Shown: in pieces, positions 12,487-21,937 of the stretch
How positions within the stretch are numbered: the stretch's first letter is position 1
Layout: every line of letters starts with the position of its first letter
Source of the DNA: a virus
Lineage: Duplodnaviria > Heunggongvirae > Uroviricota > Caudoviricetes
DNA length: 56,868 bases
Reading direction: 5' to 3' (one strand)
Virus record (IMG/VR): IMGVR_UViG_648276647_000006
Coordinates: 1-56,868 of that record
Program-made: the position numbers and the translations under genes
Notes under the pieces: generated by a model
What the model was told of the DNA's origin: nothing
Seen by the model: the letters and a program-made list of their open reading frames with translations, nothing else
Databases searched by the model: none

Positions 12487-12499
12487 TTATTAGAGCAAT
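12483..12499 (-). promoter_or_regulatory. C1 operator (inverted)
   Basis: Reverse complement ATTGCTCTAATAAAAAA. Confidence 0.6.
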
Positions 12500-12513
12500 C
12501 CATAAGGTGCACT

Positions 12514-12732
12514 ATGTGGCCATTCCGACGGAAATATCACTACTGGCTGATCGCCTTTGTTACGCCGACCGGCGGTATCAGGCATGTCATCACCAGGTAT
12601 CGCAACAAGAGACTCACCTTAGCCAGAATTTTACAGGCTGCCATAGGTGAGGGACTGGATACAAATTGCGTAGTCCTTCCACCTTCATACTTAGGAAAAA
12701 TGACCGAAGCACAAGCTAATACGGAACTTTGA
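12514..12732 (+). CDS. hypothetical small protein
   Basis: ORF track 72 aa; AAGGTG RBS; stop abuts the next start. Confidence 0.35.
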   Translation: MWPFRRKYHYWLIAFVTPTGGIRHVITRYRNKRLTLARILQAAIGEGLDTNCVVLPPSYLGKMTEAQANTEL

Positions 12733-12733
12733 A

Positions 12734-13996
12734 ATGAGCACTTCAGCACAAAACCAATCAATCGAAAATGTATCTATCCCTGACGTCCTGAATGCCGGTA
12801 TCCCGGCCATTATCCAGAACATCCGAGCCGCGCAACGCCGCGTTAGTTGTGATGACCTCACAGCGCGTTTTTTTGATAATGCGGTTCAGTCAGCGGAGAT
12901 GCTTCACGCACAGCTTATTGATGTTTATAACGCAGAAGCTGATAGCCATAACTCCCTGGTAGATGCAGCTGAAAATATGCAGTTGGATCTCGGTCTGAAG
13001 GGTAAAGAAATTGAAGAGCTTCAGCTGCAAATTGAACATTTGAAACGCCAGCAACAGGACGCGATCGACGATGCGACGCATGACGCCAACCAGCGTGCTG
13101 ATAATGCCGAACGTATAAGCATTGAGCTGGAAACAAAACTCAATGAAATGACCGCGATGGTTGAACTGCGGAACTCACAGATTTCAACGCTAAAATCTCA
13201 ATATAAAGAGATCATGAAACTTGATCCTTTTAACCTTGAGAAACGCTATAACAAAGCTAAAAGCGAGCGACAGGAACTGCGTAAGCAGGTCGCCGACCTT
13301 AACCAACAGCTCAAAAAAACTATTAAAGATGCAAGCGAGGCGCGCGTGGCATTTGCTAATAAAAAAGCAGAGGTTACCGCGCTGGTTAATGAGAATGCCA
13401 AATTTGCGACGCTCAAGAAGGAAATGTATGGCATTACTGAGCGCCGTTTCCCTGCAAGCAAACTTCATCCGACGTTAGGGCAAATCTCCTTCTTCCCGCG
13501 CCTCCTGGCTTATGGGATCTCATCGCCTAAAGAGTTCAATAACGAGCGTCCTTATATCGTTTCTAAGCTGGACTTTGCTTATCAGTTCTGCTGCGACATG
13601 GGCTATGCCATTGATATCCGAATCAACGAATGGTTGATGCCAAACTTCCAGCCGTTGGCAATTTTCCGCGAGTTCCAGCCGGAAGGTTGGGTAGAGTTCT
13701 TCCATGAATTGATCTGTAAAGAGATGGAAAGCCGCCGCCCGGAACTGGTCCGCCGTGTCGAGTGGGCGCAAGAGGTTATGTTGGCAGATGCAGAGCTGCC
13801 GTTCGAACCGGAATTCATTGATGATCTGGCAACTAAAGGGCTGCATACCCTGTTTGATGTGGTTACCCGCCGTCATGAGCAGTTGGTTGTCGAATTGGGT
13901 TTAGAGGAAACAGCGGCAAGAAGACTTCTCGATGTTTGCTATGCACGTAGCGATGCATGGGAAAAAGAGAACGGCGGCACTATTTACGTTCGCTGA
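12734..13996 (+). CDS. coiled-coil protein, unknown function
   Basis: ORF track 420 aa; long heptad-rich N-terminal half. Confidence 0.7.
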   Translation: MSTSAQNQSIENVSIPDVLNAGIPAIIQNIRAAQRRVSCDDLTARFFDNAVQSAEMLHAQLIDVYNAEADSHNSLVDAAENMQLDLGLKGKEIEELQLQIEHLKRQQQDAIDDATHDANQRADNAERISIELETKLNEMTAMVELRNSQISTLKSQYKEIMKLDPFNLEKRYNKAKSERQELRKQVADLNQQLKKTIKDASEARVAFANKKAEVTALVNENAKFATLKKEMYGITERRFPASKLHPTLGQISFFPRLLAYGISSPKEFNNERPYIVSKLDFAYQFCCDMGYAIDIRINEWLMPNFQPLAIFREFQPEGWVEFFHELICKEMESRRPELVRRVEWAQEVMLADAELPFEPEFIDDLATKGLHTLFDVVTRRHEQLVVELGLEETAARRLLDVCYARSDAWEKENGGTIYVR

Positions 13997-14016
13997 TAGT
14001 TACAGTGTCACTTTTA

Positions 14017-14051
14017 ATGCTGGTGGAGTGCGTCCCACCAGCATTTTTTTC
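14017..14051 (+). terminator. rho-independent terminator
   Basis: ATGCTGGTGG-AGTGCGTC-CCACCAGCAT followed by T7. Confidence 0.65.
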
Positions 14052-14069
14052 GTCCAATGAGGAGGGCAT

Positions 14070-14576
14070 TTGAGTATTTTCAATAAACACGCACACCAGG
14101 AACGTCCGTATATCGTCATAGTCGATATTGATGGAACAATATCAGAGGCAACTGAAGACAGACTGCATTTGCTTCCGCCACCAGGTAAAGGTGCATTAAC
14201 AAAGGACTGGAACGAGTTTAATCTCGCCTGTGACACCGATACTCCCATCACTCCAGTTATTGATATGGTGCGCCAGTTATTTAACGTTTACACGGTCTGG
14301 TTTGTAACCGGGCGCTGTGAGATCGCAAGGGATAAAACACGAGCTTGGCTGCGGAAGTACGTAACAAACGGGGCTGAGCCTTTGCTATCTATGCGTCCTG
14401 CCACCGATGACAGAAATGACGGCCCAGCAAAGATTGATCTCCTTAAGAAAATTGGTCTAAGTAAAATCGCGTTCGCGCTGGAAGATAAGATTGAAGTGGC
14501 GCGTGTTTTCAGGAGTCACGGCGTACTTACGTTAATGGTCAGGGAGTATGAAAACGCGCTTCTCCATCAGCAATAA
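14070..14576 (+). CDS. HAD-superfamily phosphatase-like protein
   Basis: ORF track 168 aa, TTG start after GAGGAGGG; HAD motif I VIVDIDGTI. Confidence 0.6.
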   Translation: MSIFNKHAHQERPYIVIVDIDGTISEATEDRLHLLPPPGKGALTKDWNEFNLACDTDTPITPVIDMVRQLFNVYTVWFVTGRCEIARDKTRAWLRKYVTNGAEPLLSMRPATDDRNDGPAKIDLLKKIGLSKIAFALEDKIEVARVFRSHGVLTLMVREYENALLHQQ

Positions 14577-14592
14577 TTGCTCTAATAAATCT
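14576..14592 (+). promoter_or_regulatory. C1 operator
   Basis: ATTGCTCTAATAAATCT. Confidence 0.7.
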
Positions 14593-14674
14593 TGATTTTT
14601 AAAACAGAGAAAGTGAAAATAAAAACATGCCGCAAGGCGCGGCATGTATCCAATCAATCACAGGAGCTGAAAAT

Positions 14675-14761
14675 ATGAACACGGCATTCAAAATCATTAT
14701 GGCCGCGATCTATTTCTGGCTGTTCTCTATCACTTTTGGCGGCATCGTCGCACATGGGTAA
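14675..14761 (+). CDS. small hydrophobic peptide (28 aa)
   Basis: Own translation MNTAFKIIMAAIYFWLFSITFGGIVAHG; AGGAG RBS 9 nt upstream. Confidence 0.3.
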   Translation: MNTAFKIIMAAIYFWLFSITFGGIVAHG

Positions 14762-14770
14762 GGGGGATGC

Positions 14771-15349
14771 ATGAAAGGCGAAGTGAAAGAGCGCGGCATG
14801 ATTTTTAACGATGAGATGGTCCGGGCAATTCTTGGCGGGAATAAAACACAGACTCGCAGGATTGTTGAAGAAAAATTCTATGGACGGGCAGTGGCCGCAG
14901 AGTTGCTTGCCAAGCATTGTCCATATGGTCAACCGGGCGATCGTATTTGGGTTCGCGAAACCTACCGGGTACATGGCAAAGCGACGGACGTAGCAACGCT
15001 GGTTTATCGCGCAAGCGTGCGTAACTCCTGGACAGAACAAACGCACCGGGTTCCGGTCGAGGTTTGTAATAAACCAGTATCAGAAAAGTGGACTCCATCA
15101 ATTCACATGCCGCGCTGGGCATCGCGCATTCTTCTGGAAATTACCGACGTGCGTGTGGAACGGCTACATGACATGAGCGAGGCAGATGCTAAAGCAGAAG
15201 GCGCAACTCCGGCGACGTACAAGATTACGCCACCTGAAGCTGTTTATCGCGTTGGTTTTGGTGATATCTGGCGCAGTATTTACGGGCAGGATAACTGGCT
15301 ATCTAACCCGTTGGTATGGGTAATCGAGTTTAAGCGCATTCAGGAATAA
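14771..15349 (+). CDS. ASCH/PUA-like domain protein
   Basis: ORF track 192 aa; AAGGGGG RBS; FNDEMVRAILGGNKTQTRR and GQPGDRIWVRETY resemble the ASCH signature. Confidence 0.55.
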   Translation: MKGEVKERGMIFNDEMVRAILGGNKTQTRRIVEEKFYGRAVAAELLAKHCPYGQPGDRIWVRETYRVHGKATDVATLVYRASVRNSWTEQTHRVPVEVCNKPVSEKWTPSIHMPRWASRILLEITDVRVERLHDMSEADAKAEGATPATYKITPPEAVYRVGFGDIWRSIYGQDNWLSNPLVWVIEFKRIQE

Positions 15350-15358
15350 ACCGTGAGT

Positions 15359-16231
15359 ATGCATCAAGTCGTCAGCTTTTCAGGTGGACGAACATCGGCT
15401 TATCTCGTTCATCTGATGGAAGCACGGCGAAAAGCTGGCGCTAGCGTCCATTTCATTTTTATGGATACCGGCTGTGAACATCCTCTGACGTATCGCTTTA
15501 TTCGTGAGGTTGTGAAGTTCTGGAACGTTCCGCTAACGGTGTTGCAGGTCGATATAAATCCAGAACCTGGGCAGCCAAATGGTTATACGGTATGGGAACC
15601 AAAGGATATTCAGACGCGACTGCCGGTGCTTAAACCGTTTATGGACATGGTTAAAAAGTACGGTACGCCATACATCGGCGGCGCGTTCTGTACCGACAGG
15701 CTAAAACTCACCCCTTTCACGAAATATTGCGATGACCATTTTGGGCGAGGGAACTACATCACGTGGCTGGGTATTCGTGCAGACGAACCCCGTAGGCTGA
15801 AACCGAAACCGGGCGTCCGGTATCTTGCCGAGCTGTCAGATTTTGATAAGTCGGATGTTATCCGGTGGTGGCGAAAACAACCTTTTGATTTGCAAATCCC
15901 GGAGCACCTCGGGAACTGTGTTTTTTGCATCAAAAAGTCAACGCAAAAGCTGGGGCTTGCATGTAAAGACGAACCAGGTCTGATGCGGGTTTTTAATGAA
16001 CTGGTTACAGGCAAACACGTCAGGGATGGTCATCGCAGAACAGGTAAAGACGTTATGTACCGTGGCCACCTGACGCTTGACGGGATTGCCAGAATGTATG
16101 CCGACAGTGACTACAGAAATTTGTATCAGGCGATGGTGCTGACCAAGCGGTTTGATACTGGTTCGTGTTCCGAATCATGTGAAATCTGGGGTGACCAATT
16201 GGAGTTGAAATTCGAAGAGGTAGTGGAATGA
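15359..16231 (+). CDS. pap: PAPS-reductase-family (PP-loop) protein
   Basis: ORF track 292 aa; PP-loop SFSGGRTS; P1 has a gene named pap of this family (recollection). Confidence 0.8.
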   Translation: MHQVVSFSGGRTSAYLVHLMEARRKAGASVHFIFMDTGCEHPLTYRFIREVVKFWNVPLTVLQVDINPEPGQPNGYTVWEPKDIQTRLPVLKPFMDMVKKYGTPYIGGAFCTDRLKLTPFTKYCDDHFGRGNYITWLGIRADEPRRLKPKPGVRYLAELSDFDKSDVIRWWRKQPFDLQIPEHLGNCVFCIKKSTQKLGLACKDEPGLMRVFNELVTGKHVRDGHRRTGKDVMYRGHLTLDGIARMYADSDYRNLYQAMVLTKRFDTGSCSESCEIWGDQLELKFEEVVE

Positions 16232-16431
16232 CAATCGTAAAAACCCATACCGGTACCGTGATCACCAAAGATGGCCCGAAGGTAAAAAAACTGCACCAAA
16301 CAGAGCGGATGTGGGTCGTTGGCAAAAACGAGTTTTACCACAAAGAAACTGGACGCCGCCATTTTGCAGAAAATACGCGCCGCCGACTGCTGTTAGACAC
16401 CATCAAGCCTATCGAGGTGAAGCATGTTTAA
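16228..16431 (+). CDS. hypothetical protein
   Basis: ORF track 67 aa; start overlaps the pap stop. Confidence 0.5.
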   Translation: MTIVKTHTGTVITKDGPKVKKLHQTERMWVVGKNEFYHKETGRRHFAENTRRRLLLDTIKPIEVKHV

Positions 16432-16663
16432 ACAGAACGAAAAAGCTATCGCTCAAATTGCTGATTATATCCCGCGTGCGTGCCGGGGTATGCAGTTGCA
16501 GGAAGCCAAAGCGCGCCTGGAGAAAAAAATTGCGCTCTATATTGATGACGGCTGTGATGCCGCCGTTCTTAACGAGGCGTTCGCACCAGCTCTTAACAGT
16601 CATACTCGGGAGTCTTTTTTTTCGTGCATCGAAGCGCAACTCCGCAAAGGAGGCAGCCAGTGA
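16424..16663 (+). CDS. hypothetical protein
   Basis: ORF track 79 aa; GAGGTGA RBS. Confidence 0.5.
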   Translation: MFKQNEKAIAQIADYIPRACRGMQLQEAKARLEKKIALYIDDGCDAAVLNEAFAPALNSHTRESFFSCIEAQLRKGGSQ

Positions 16664-17292
16664 GCGAAATTAATTACCAGGCACTGCGTGAGGCGGCGGA
16701 ACGTGCAATTCCAGCAATGGAACGCCTGTTAATGTTGCCAGCTGATGATGATTTGTTAAGTGAACAGGAACTTAAAGATTACGGTGTGGATATTGATGCG
16801 CTCAACGCCTTCAAATTTCTGACCGGACCAGAAACCGTGCTGGCGCTGCTGGATGAACGGGAAAGAAACCAGCAATACATAAAACGCCGCGATCAGGAGA
16901 ACGAGGATATTGCGCTAACGGTAGGGAAACTGCGTGTTGAGCTTGAGGAAGCAAAATCAAAACTCAACGAGCAACGCGAGTATTACGAAGGTGTTATCTC
17001 GGATGGGAGTAAGCGTATTGCTGAACTGGAAGCACGGGAAATAAAACCAGCCAAAGGTGAAGTTCTTGTCGTTGTTTCTGGTTTTACTGGTTGCGGAAAA
17101 AGCGCCATTGCCGGGGAAATAGAAATCGCGATGAAGGCTATTGGTGTACCGGTTAAGTGGACTAATGGCGATGCAGAAAAGCGCATGACTGGCGCTGACT
17201 GGCTGACAGCGATTGAGATGTATAAACCAACTGTGCGCATCGTGGAAGTTAATGTGCCACGCGCCGCTGGCATTCGCATCAAAGGAGAGTGA
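16660..17292 (+). CDS. P-loop NTPase-like protein with coiled-coil N-terminus
   Basis: GTG start after AGGAGG; Walker A-like GFTGCGKS. Confidence 0.55.
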   Translation: MSEINYQALREAAERAIPAMERLLMLPADDDLLSEQELKDYGVDIDALNAFKFLTGPETVLALLDERERNQQYIKRRDQENEDIALTVGKLRVELEEAKSKLNEQREYYEGVISDGSKRIAELEAREIKPAKGEVLVVVSGFTGCGKSAIAGEIEIAMKAIGVPVKWTNGDAEKRMTGADWLTAIEMYKPTVRIVEVNVPRAAGIRIKGE

Positions 17293-17293
17293 T

Positions 17294-17809
17294 ATGGCGT
17301 TAACACACCGCGAACTCTGTCAGATTGCGTACAAGTTCCTTAAGCGCAACGGGTTCAAGGTTTGTTTTCATGACCGCTTTATAGCTGTAACCAGTACCGG
17401 AGAACAGCCAGATGCTATGGGATTCAGAAATTCAGCATCATGCCTGATAGAGGCGAAATGTTCTCGTGCTGACTTGTTGGCAGATAGAAAAAAGCGTTTT
17501 CGTAAAAATCCATCTCTTGGAATGGGCGACTGGCGATTCTTTATTAGTGAGCCGGGAATTATTTCAGTTGAGGATTTACCACCTGGCTGGGGATTACTTC
17601 ACGTTGTTAACGGAAGAGTACGGAAAGTACATGGGTGGCCCAAGGGGAATTGCTGTTGGGGTAACCCTGAAGATAAACCTTTTATTGGGAACAAGCAGGT
17701 TGAATGCGATTACATGTTATCTGCATTAAGGCGCATGGAGTTGAGAGGGCACCTTAATGAAATATATGACGGTGTAATTGTTAATAAGAAAGAAGGAAAC
17801 GCGGCATGA
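17294..17809 (+). CDS. PD-(D/E)xK nuclease-like protein
   Basis: Internal ATG with AAGGAG RBS; EQPDAMGF...IEAK matches a D...(D/E)xK core. Confidence 0.5.
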   Translation: MALTHRELCQIAYKFLKRNGFKVCFHDRFIAVTSTGEQPDAMGFRNSASCLIEAKCSRADLLADRKKRFRKNPSLGMGDWRFFISEPGIISVEDLPPGWGLLHVVNGRVRKVHGWPKGNCCWGNPEDKPFIGNKQVECDYMLSALRRMELRGHLNEIYDGVIVNKKEGNAA

Positions 17810-18816
17810 TCACTATTACCAAAGAGTTCACCAAAGAGCAGTTGATTGAGCAGGCTAAGAAGAATATTGAGGTTCTTCGCGTTGCGGTGGAAAGAGTCCC
17901 GGGCGCTTCTGATGCGGCGGTTATTCACCTCAAGCTGGCCGAAATTACGCTGGCATCGCTGGAAGCCGAGCCTGTTCTGTATCAGTCCTGCACTCGCCCC
18001 ACCTGGAATAGCGGTGTTCCGTGGACGGAATGGAAAGAACGAAGTCGTGAGTGCTACGAAGACGATTTGCGCTTTACAGACACGCCTGACCATGCCGGTT
18101 GGATATACAAATGCCGAAAACTATATACCACTCCGCCAGCGCCGGTAATACAGGCTGATGTCGCGCAAGCAATTGAAAATCTCAAGCAGAAGTTAGTGGA
18201 ATGCAATCGCTATAACTACTGCGCAGATGCAGTTAAAGGCGTAGAGGATGCCTGCCGTGCTGTTAGCTATAGCCAAGCCGACAATCAACCAGCATCTGGC
18301 AACCAGGCTGCCGAATCCAATCGCGGTAATGAGTGGACTGGCAATCCTGATATTGATAACGCCATCATCATGCTCGACCGCATAGATACGCTGGAAAATT
18401 GCGATGATGACCGTATTGAGGCTGTTAAGGCTGTTTTGCGTAGACTGGCTGGCAACTATCCGGATATTCCGGATAGTTCGGTGTCAGCGCCAGCAAAGGG
18501 CGTCACCGGTGAACGTATCCGCATTAAGCCGCATGTTTATCGCGAACTGGTTAACCGTCTCCACGATACAGCGGTCAAGTGTGCTGGCACCCAGCAATTA
18601 CGAGAAAGAATTAGCCGTGTTTTGGGCGACGTTATTACGCCAGATCATCATAAACAAGCCGAGAAAAGTGACCTAGAAAGGTGTCACCTTGAGGCGGCAT
18701 TAAACATTAAGCCGGGGCATACGCTTGGCATTATCGATGCTCTGTTGGTTCATAAGATGGCCATGGCTTTATTGCCGTTGGTGGATGCTGGCGATACAAG
18801 CGAGGGTGAGGTATGA
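17806..18816 (+). CDS. hypothetical protein
   Basis: ORF track 336 aa; ATGA overlap with the upstream stop. Confidence 0.65.
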   Translation: MITITKEFTKEQLIEQAKKNIEVLRVAVERVPGASDAAVIHLKLAEITLASLEAEPVLYQSCTRPTWNSGVPWTEWKERSRECYEDDLRFTDTPDHAGWIYKCRKLYTTPPAPVIQADVAQAIENLKQKLVECNRYNYCADAVKGVEDACRAVSYSQADNQPASGNQAAESNRGNEWTGNPDIDNAIIMLDRIDTLENCDDDRIEAVKAVLRRLAGNYPDIPDSSVSAPAKGVTGERIRIKPHVYRELVNRLHDTAVKCAGTQQLRERISRVLGDVITPDHHKQAEKSDLERCHLEAALNIKPGHTLGIIDALLVHKMAMALLPLVDAGDTSEGEV

Positions 18817-19175
18817 GAGTTGCAGATCACATCAAACACCTTGAAAGAATTATCGAAAACGGTGAACTCTTAAGAGATCAGATGAGACGCACGGCAGAAG
18901 TCAGAGAGGCGATAATCCGCAGTCAGGCTGGTAAATTAAAGCAATTGTCAGAGATTAACGCGCTATACAAGAACAGACGTAACCGGGCGGCGCTGCGGCT
19001 TCAGAAAGCACGTAATGAAATTAAATTGGTGGAGGCAAAACTGAAAAAACAGATTCAGCGTTACGATCAGCAAGATGCTTTTTATGCCGCCATCAAGGCG
19101 GCTGCTAATGAAATAGGCATCTGGAAGTTGCTGGTGGAGAAAGCAAAGACGAAGTTAAATGCCAACGAAAGCTGA
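18813..19175 (+). CDS. coiled-coil protein
   Basis: ORF track 120 aa; ATGA overlap. Confidence 0.6.
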   Translation: MRVADHIKHLERIIENGELLRDQMRRTAEVREAIIRSQAGKLKQLSEINALYKNRRNRAALRLQKARNEIKLVEAKLKKQIQRYDQQDAFYAAIKAAANEIGIWKLLVEKAKTKLNANES

Positions 19176-19250
19176 ACTACAGGTACCCACCAGCACATAC
19201 AGAAAATGATTGTTTCCACATCAAGGAGATTTTAATGTTTCACTGAAACA

Positions 19251-19388
19251 TTAAGTAAGCCAGTGCATAATTCCATTTTTTACTGACCTTAAAAGCAAAA
19301 TCAAAACGATGATGAGGATAATAGCCAGAATCTGGCTAATAACAGGCGCATCTAAAAATGCACTCAGGAACTGAAAAAAAGCAGTCAT
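19251..19388 (-). CDS. small hydrophobic peptide (45 aa), possible membrane toxin or lysis-type peptide
   Basis: Own translation MTAFFQFLSAFLDAPVISQILAIILIIVLILLLRSVKNGIMHWLT; AGGAA-type RBS; sits in an otherwise non-coding AT-rich 0.65-kb gap. Confidence 0.3.
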   Translation of the reverse strand: MTAFFQFLSAFLDAPVISQILAIILIIVLILLLRSVKNGIMHWLT

Positions 19389-19826
19389 TAAGGTGGTTCC
19401 TTGTCAAATGTAAAGGTGCACTTGCTCACGTTGACGTAGAAACCCAACCCCTATATAGTTGGATTCGGTAAATGAAAGTCGTTAACGTGAGCTTACGGCA
19501 CATGTTTTCGGAAAAACATCAGGGAACGGCTAATTCCTTGATGCGGATGGGGTCTGTAATGCAGACCCTATCTATTAACCTCATAAATGCATCTCAAATT
19601 TTCTCCTTATCTTCAATTAATCGACATTCATTTCATTTGTTAGTTACCACAATAAGTAGAAAATGGCCCTCTTGCAAGTGCACAACTTTGTGGATAACTC
19701 AGGAAGAAAAAAGTGGATTCTGCGCACGGAAAGGCAGATAAGTTGTGCACAAAAATCAATGGGAGAAGAAAAAAAATTAAAAGTTACTTTGATGGTTAAA
19801 TAATAGTCGTTACTCAATTATTCTGG

Positions 19827-20090
19827 ATGGGATTTGATATGCACGATTGGAATATTGCAGCTAAAAGTCAGGAAGAACGGGATAAGGTTAACGTTGATCT
19901 GGCTGCCAGCGGTGTGGCGTACAAAGAGCGATTGAACATACCTGTCATAGCTGAACAAGTATCCCGCGAGCAACCGGAGAACCTGCGTGCCTATTTCATG
20001 GAACGGCTACGGCACTACCGGCAGTTAAGCCTCCAGTTGCCAAAAGGGAGTGATCCGGTGTATCAGAACGAGGATGCGCAAAAAAAATAA
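19827..20090 (+). CDS. hot: DNA polymerase III theta-subunit homolog
   Basis: ORF track 87 aa; [39 protein letters not shown] parallels E. coli HolE as I recall it. Confidence 0.8.
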   Translation: MGFDMHDWNIAAKSQEERDKVNVDLAASGVAYKERLNIPVIAEQVSREQPENLRAYFMERLRHYRQLSLQLPKGSDPVYQNEDAQKK

Positions 20091-20123
20091 CGGCAAGATG
20101 GGGGAGATGGGGGAGACTTAAAC

Positions 20124-20474
20124 ATGCTTAACTATCACGACAACTCGCGTTCTATGCAGATAATCCGCACCAATACAGCGGTAGTCGATAGCTTTTCTGT
20201 ACATACTCAAGGCCGTGAAGATACCGTGGAAGTGCGACGCATGTTGTGTCGCTGGTCACCAGGCCACCAGCACTTCATCGTAACGTTTAAAAGCGATGTA
20301 GAGCGCGCCGAGAAAATCTCTAACTCCACATCTCTGGTGAAGCCGTTGGCGGAGGTTATTGTGCGCAACAATAAGGCGAGCTTTGTCCTTGAGGAGCATC
20401 ATTCTGATTTTAATGAAAAAATCAAATCAAGCATTTTGCAATATATGAATGGCAAGTTCACGCCACCAATGTGA
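20124..20474 (+). CDS. hypothetical protein (lxr position in P1)
   Basis: ORF track 116 aa; lies between hot and humD. Confidence 0.6.
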   Translation: MLNYHDNSRSMQIIRTNTAVVDSFSVHTQGREDTVEVRRMLCRWSPGHQHFIVTFKSDVERAEKISNSTSLVKPLAEVIVRNNKASFVLEEHHSDFNEKIKSSILQYMNGKFTPPM

Positions 20475-20537
20475 TTAGCCCCCAGCGTGGCGCGCCTGCA
20501 AACCCCGCTTTCACAAACTATGCCTTTTCAATGTATA

Positions 20538-20553
20538 CTGTATGAATAAACAG
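20538..20553 (+). promoter_or_regulatory. LexA (SOS) box
   Basis: CTGTATGAATAAACAG fits CTGT-N8-ACAG, about 20 nt upstream of humD. Confidence 0.7.
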
Positions 20554-20574
20554 TATCATTGAGGTGAAAACGCT

Positions 20575-20964
20575 ATGGGCTTCCCTTCTCCTGCGGCGGA
20601 TTATGTTGAAAGCCGAATTTCTCTTGATCAGCAACTAATCAGGCATCCATCAGCAACCTACTTCATGCGGGCAGCTGACAGCCATCACCGTGAGGGAATA
20701 TTGCAGGGTGCTTTGCTGGTGGTTGATTCCTCGCTTACTCCGGTTGATGGTTCTCTGCTTGTGTGCGCTATGGAGGGTGAATATCGCATAAAGAGATACA
20801 GGAAGTATCCGCGCCAGCACCTGGAGGATTTAAGCACCGGGAAGAAAGAGGCGTTACCAGTGGATGACGATGGGTACACGGGCAGTAATGCTGTTTTTGG
20901 TGTGATCACTCATGTCATCAATGATGCCCGAAGTGGGGAATTTGATGATTGTCCGGTGATTTAA
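20575..20964 (+). CDS. humD: UmuD-like translesion-synthesis accessory protein
   Basis: ORF track 129 aa; S24 peptidase-like C-terminal domain (LLVVDSSLTPVDGSLLVCAMEGEYRIKRY...VFGVITHVIN); LexA box upstream. Confidence 0.9.
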   Translation: MGFPSPAADYVESRISLDQQLIRHPSATYFMRAADSHHREGILQGALLVVDSSLTPVDGSLLVCAMEGEYRIKRYRKYPRQHLEDLSTGKKEALPVDDDGYTGSNAVFGVITHVINDARSGEFDDCPVI

Positions 20965-21036
20965 GCTGCAAAGTGCTGGTGCTTTATGCCTGTGAAGTTT
21001 ATAATTGTGTACACATAACGAGTACACGAGGTGTTT

Positions 21037-21258
21037 ATGCAATCCATTAACTTCCGTACCGCGCGCGGCAACCTTTCTGAAGTGCTCAACAATGTTGAAG
21101 CCGGGGAAGAGGTTGAAATCACACGCAGAGGCCGTGAGCCAGCAGTAATTGTCAGCAAGGCGACTTTCGAAGCCTACAAAAAAGCGGCGCTGGATGCCGA
21201 ATTTGCATCCCTGTTTGACACTCTGGACTCCACCAACAAGGAACTGGTTAACCGATAA
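21037..21258 (+). CDS. phd: Phd antitoxin
   Basis: [39 protein letters not shown]... matches P1 Phd as I recall it; RBS GAGGTG. Confidence 0.9.
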   Translation: MQSINFRTARGNLSEVLNNVEAGEEVEITRRGREPAVIVSKATFEAYKKAALDAEFASLFDTLDSTNKELVNR

Positions 21259-21638
21259 TGAGGCATATATCACCGGAAGAACTGATAGCGCTTCATGATG
21301 CGAATATAAACCGCTACGGCGGCCTGCCGGGAATGTCAGATCCGGGTAGGGCAGAGGCCATTATCGGGAGAGTTCAGGCCAGAGTTGCCTACGAAGAGAT
21401 CACCGACCTTTTCGAAGTCTCCGCCACCTACCTGGTGGCTACTGCGAGAGGGCATATATTCAATGATGCCAATAAGCGTACCGCGCTAAACAGTGCGCTG
21501 CTATTTCTACGCCGTAATGGGGTGCAGGTATTTGATTCACCTGAACTGGCAGACCTTACTGTAGGGGCTGCGACTGGTGAAATCGCCGTATCTTCAGTCG
21601 CAGAAAAGCTACGTGAACTATATGGTTCCAAGACCTGA
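21258..21638 (+). CDS. doc: Doc toxin (Fic-fold kinase)
   Basis: ORF track 126 aa, overlapping the phd stop; Fic-like motif [11 protein letters not shown]. Confidence 0.9.
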   Translation: MRHISPEELIALHDANINRYGGLPGMSDPGRAEAIIGRVQARVAYEEITDLFEVSATYLVATARGHIFNDANKRTALNSALLFLRRNGVQVFDSPELADLTVGAATGEIAVSSVAEKLRELYGSKT

Positions 21639-21657
21639 GTAGTGGAGTTACGAAACA

Positions 21658-21933
21658 ATGTCGAAAATTAACTTAAGAACCGAATCTGCGGTGTTCAAGA
21701 ATCCTACGTTTAACGTACCCAAACAAACGCTTGATGAACTTGTGCCGATTGATAGCAGGTTTGTTATTCCTGCGGAACTGGTCGAGAACTGCAAAGAGAA
21801 GCAAAAGTCGTTAAAGGAAATATCGCCTTCTGAAATCCTCTCCCGCAGTGATGTAAGTAAGGAGGAGGTTTTAAGGGCGATATCTGCATCTACTGCTACC
21901 ACGCTACGTAGATTGTATGGTTCTGCGGAGTAG
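21658..21933 (+). CDS. hypothetical protein
   Basis: ORF track 91 aa. Confidence 0.5.
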   Translation: MSKINLRTESAVFKNPTFNVPKQTLDELVPIDSRFVIPAELVENCKEKQKSLKEISPSEILSRSDVSKEEVLRAISASTATTLRRLYGSAE

Positions 21934-21937
21934 ATTA

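Noticed and set aside
14654-15122. Minus-strand track ORFs (130 and 105 aa) across the ASCH-like gene
   Set aside because: Antisense to a plus-strand gene with a strong RBS and recognisable motifs.
19472-19741. 89-aa plus-strand ORF in the gap upstream of hot
   Set aside because: No RBS, Ser/Leu-rich low-complexity translation, AT-rich context; more likely non-coding regulatory DNA.
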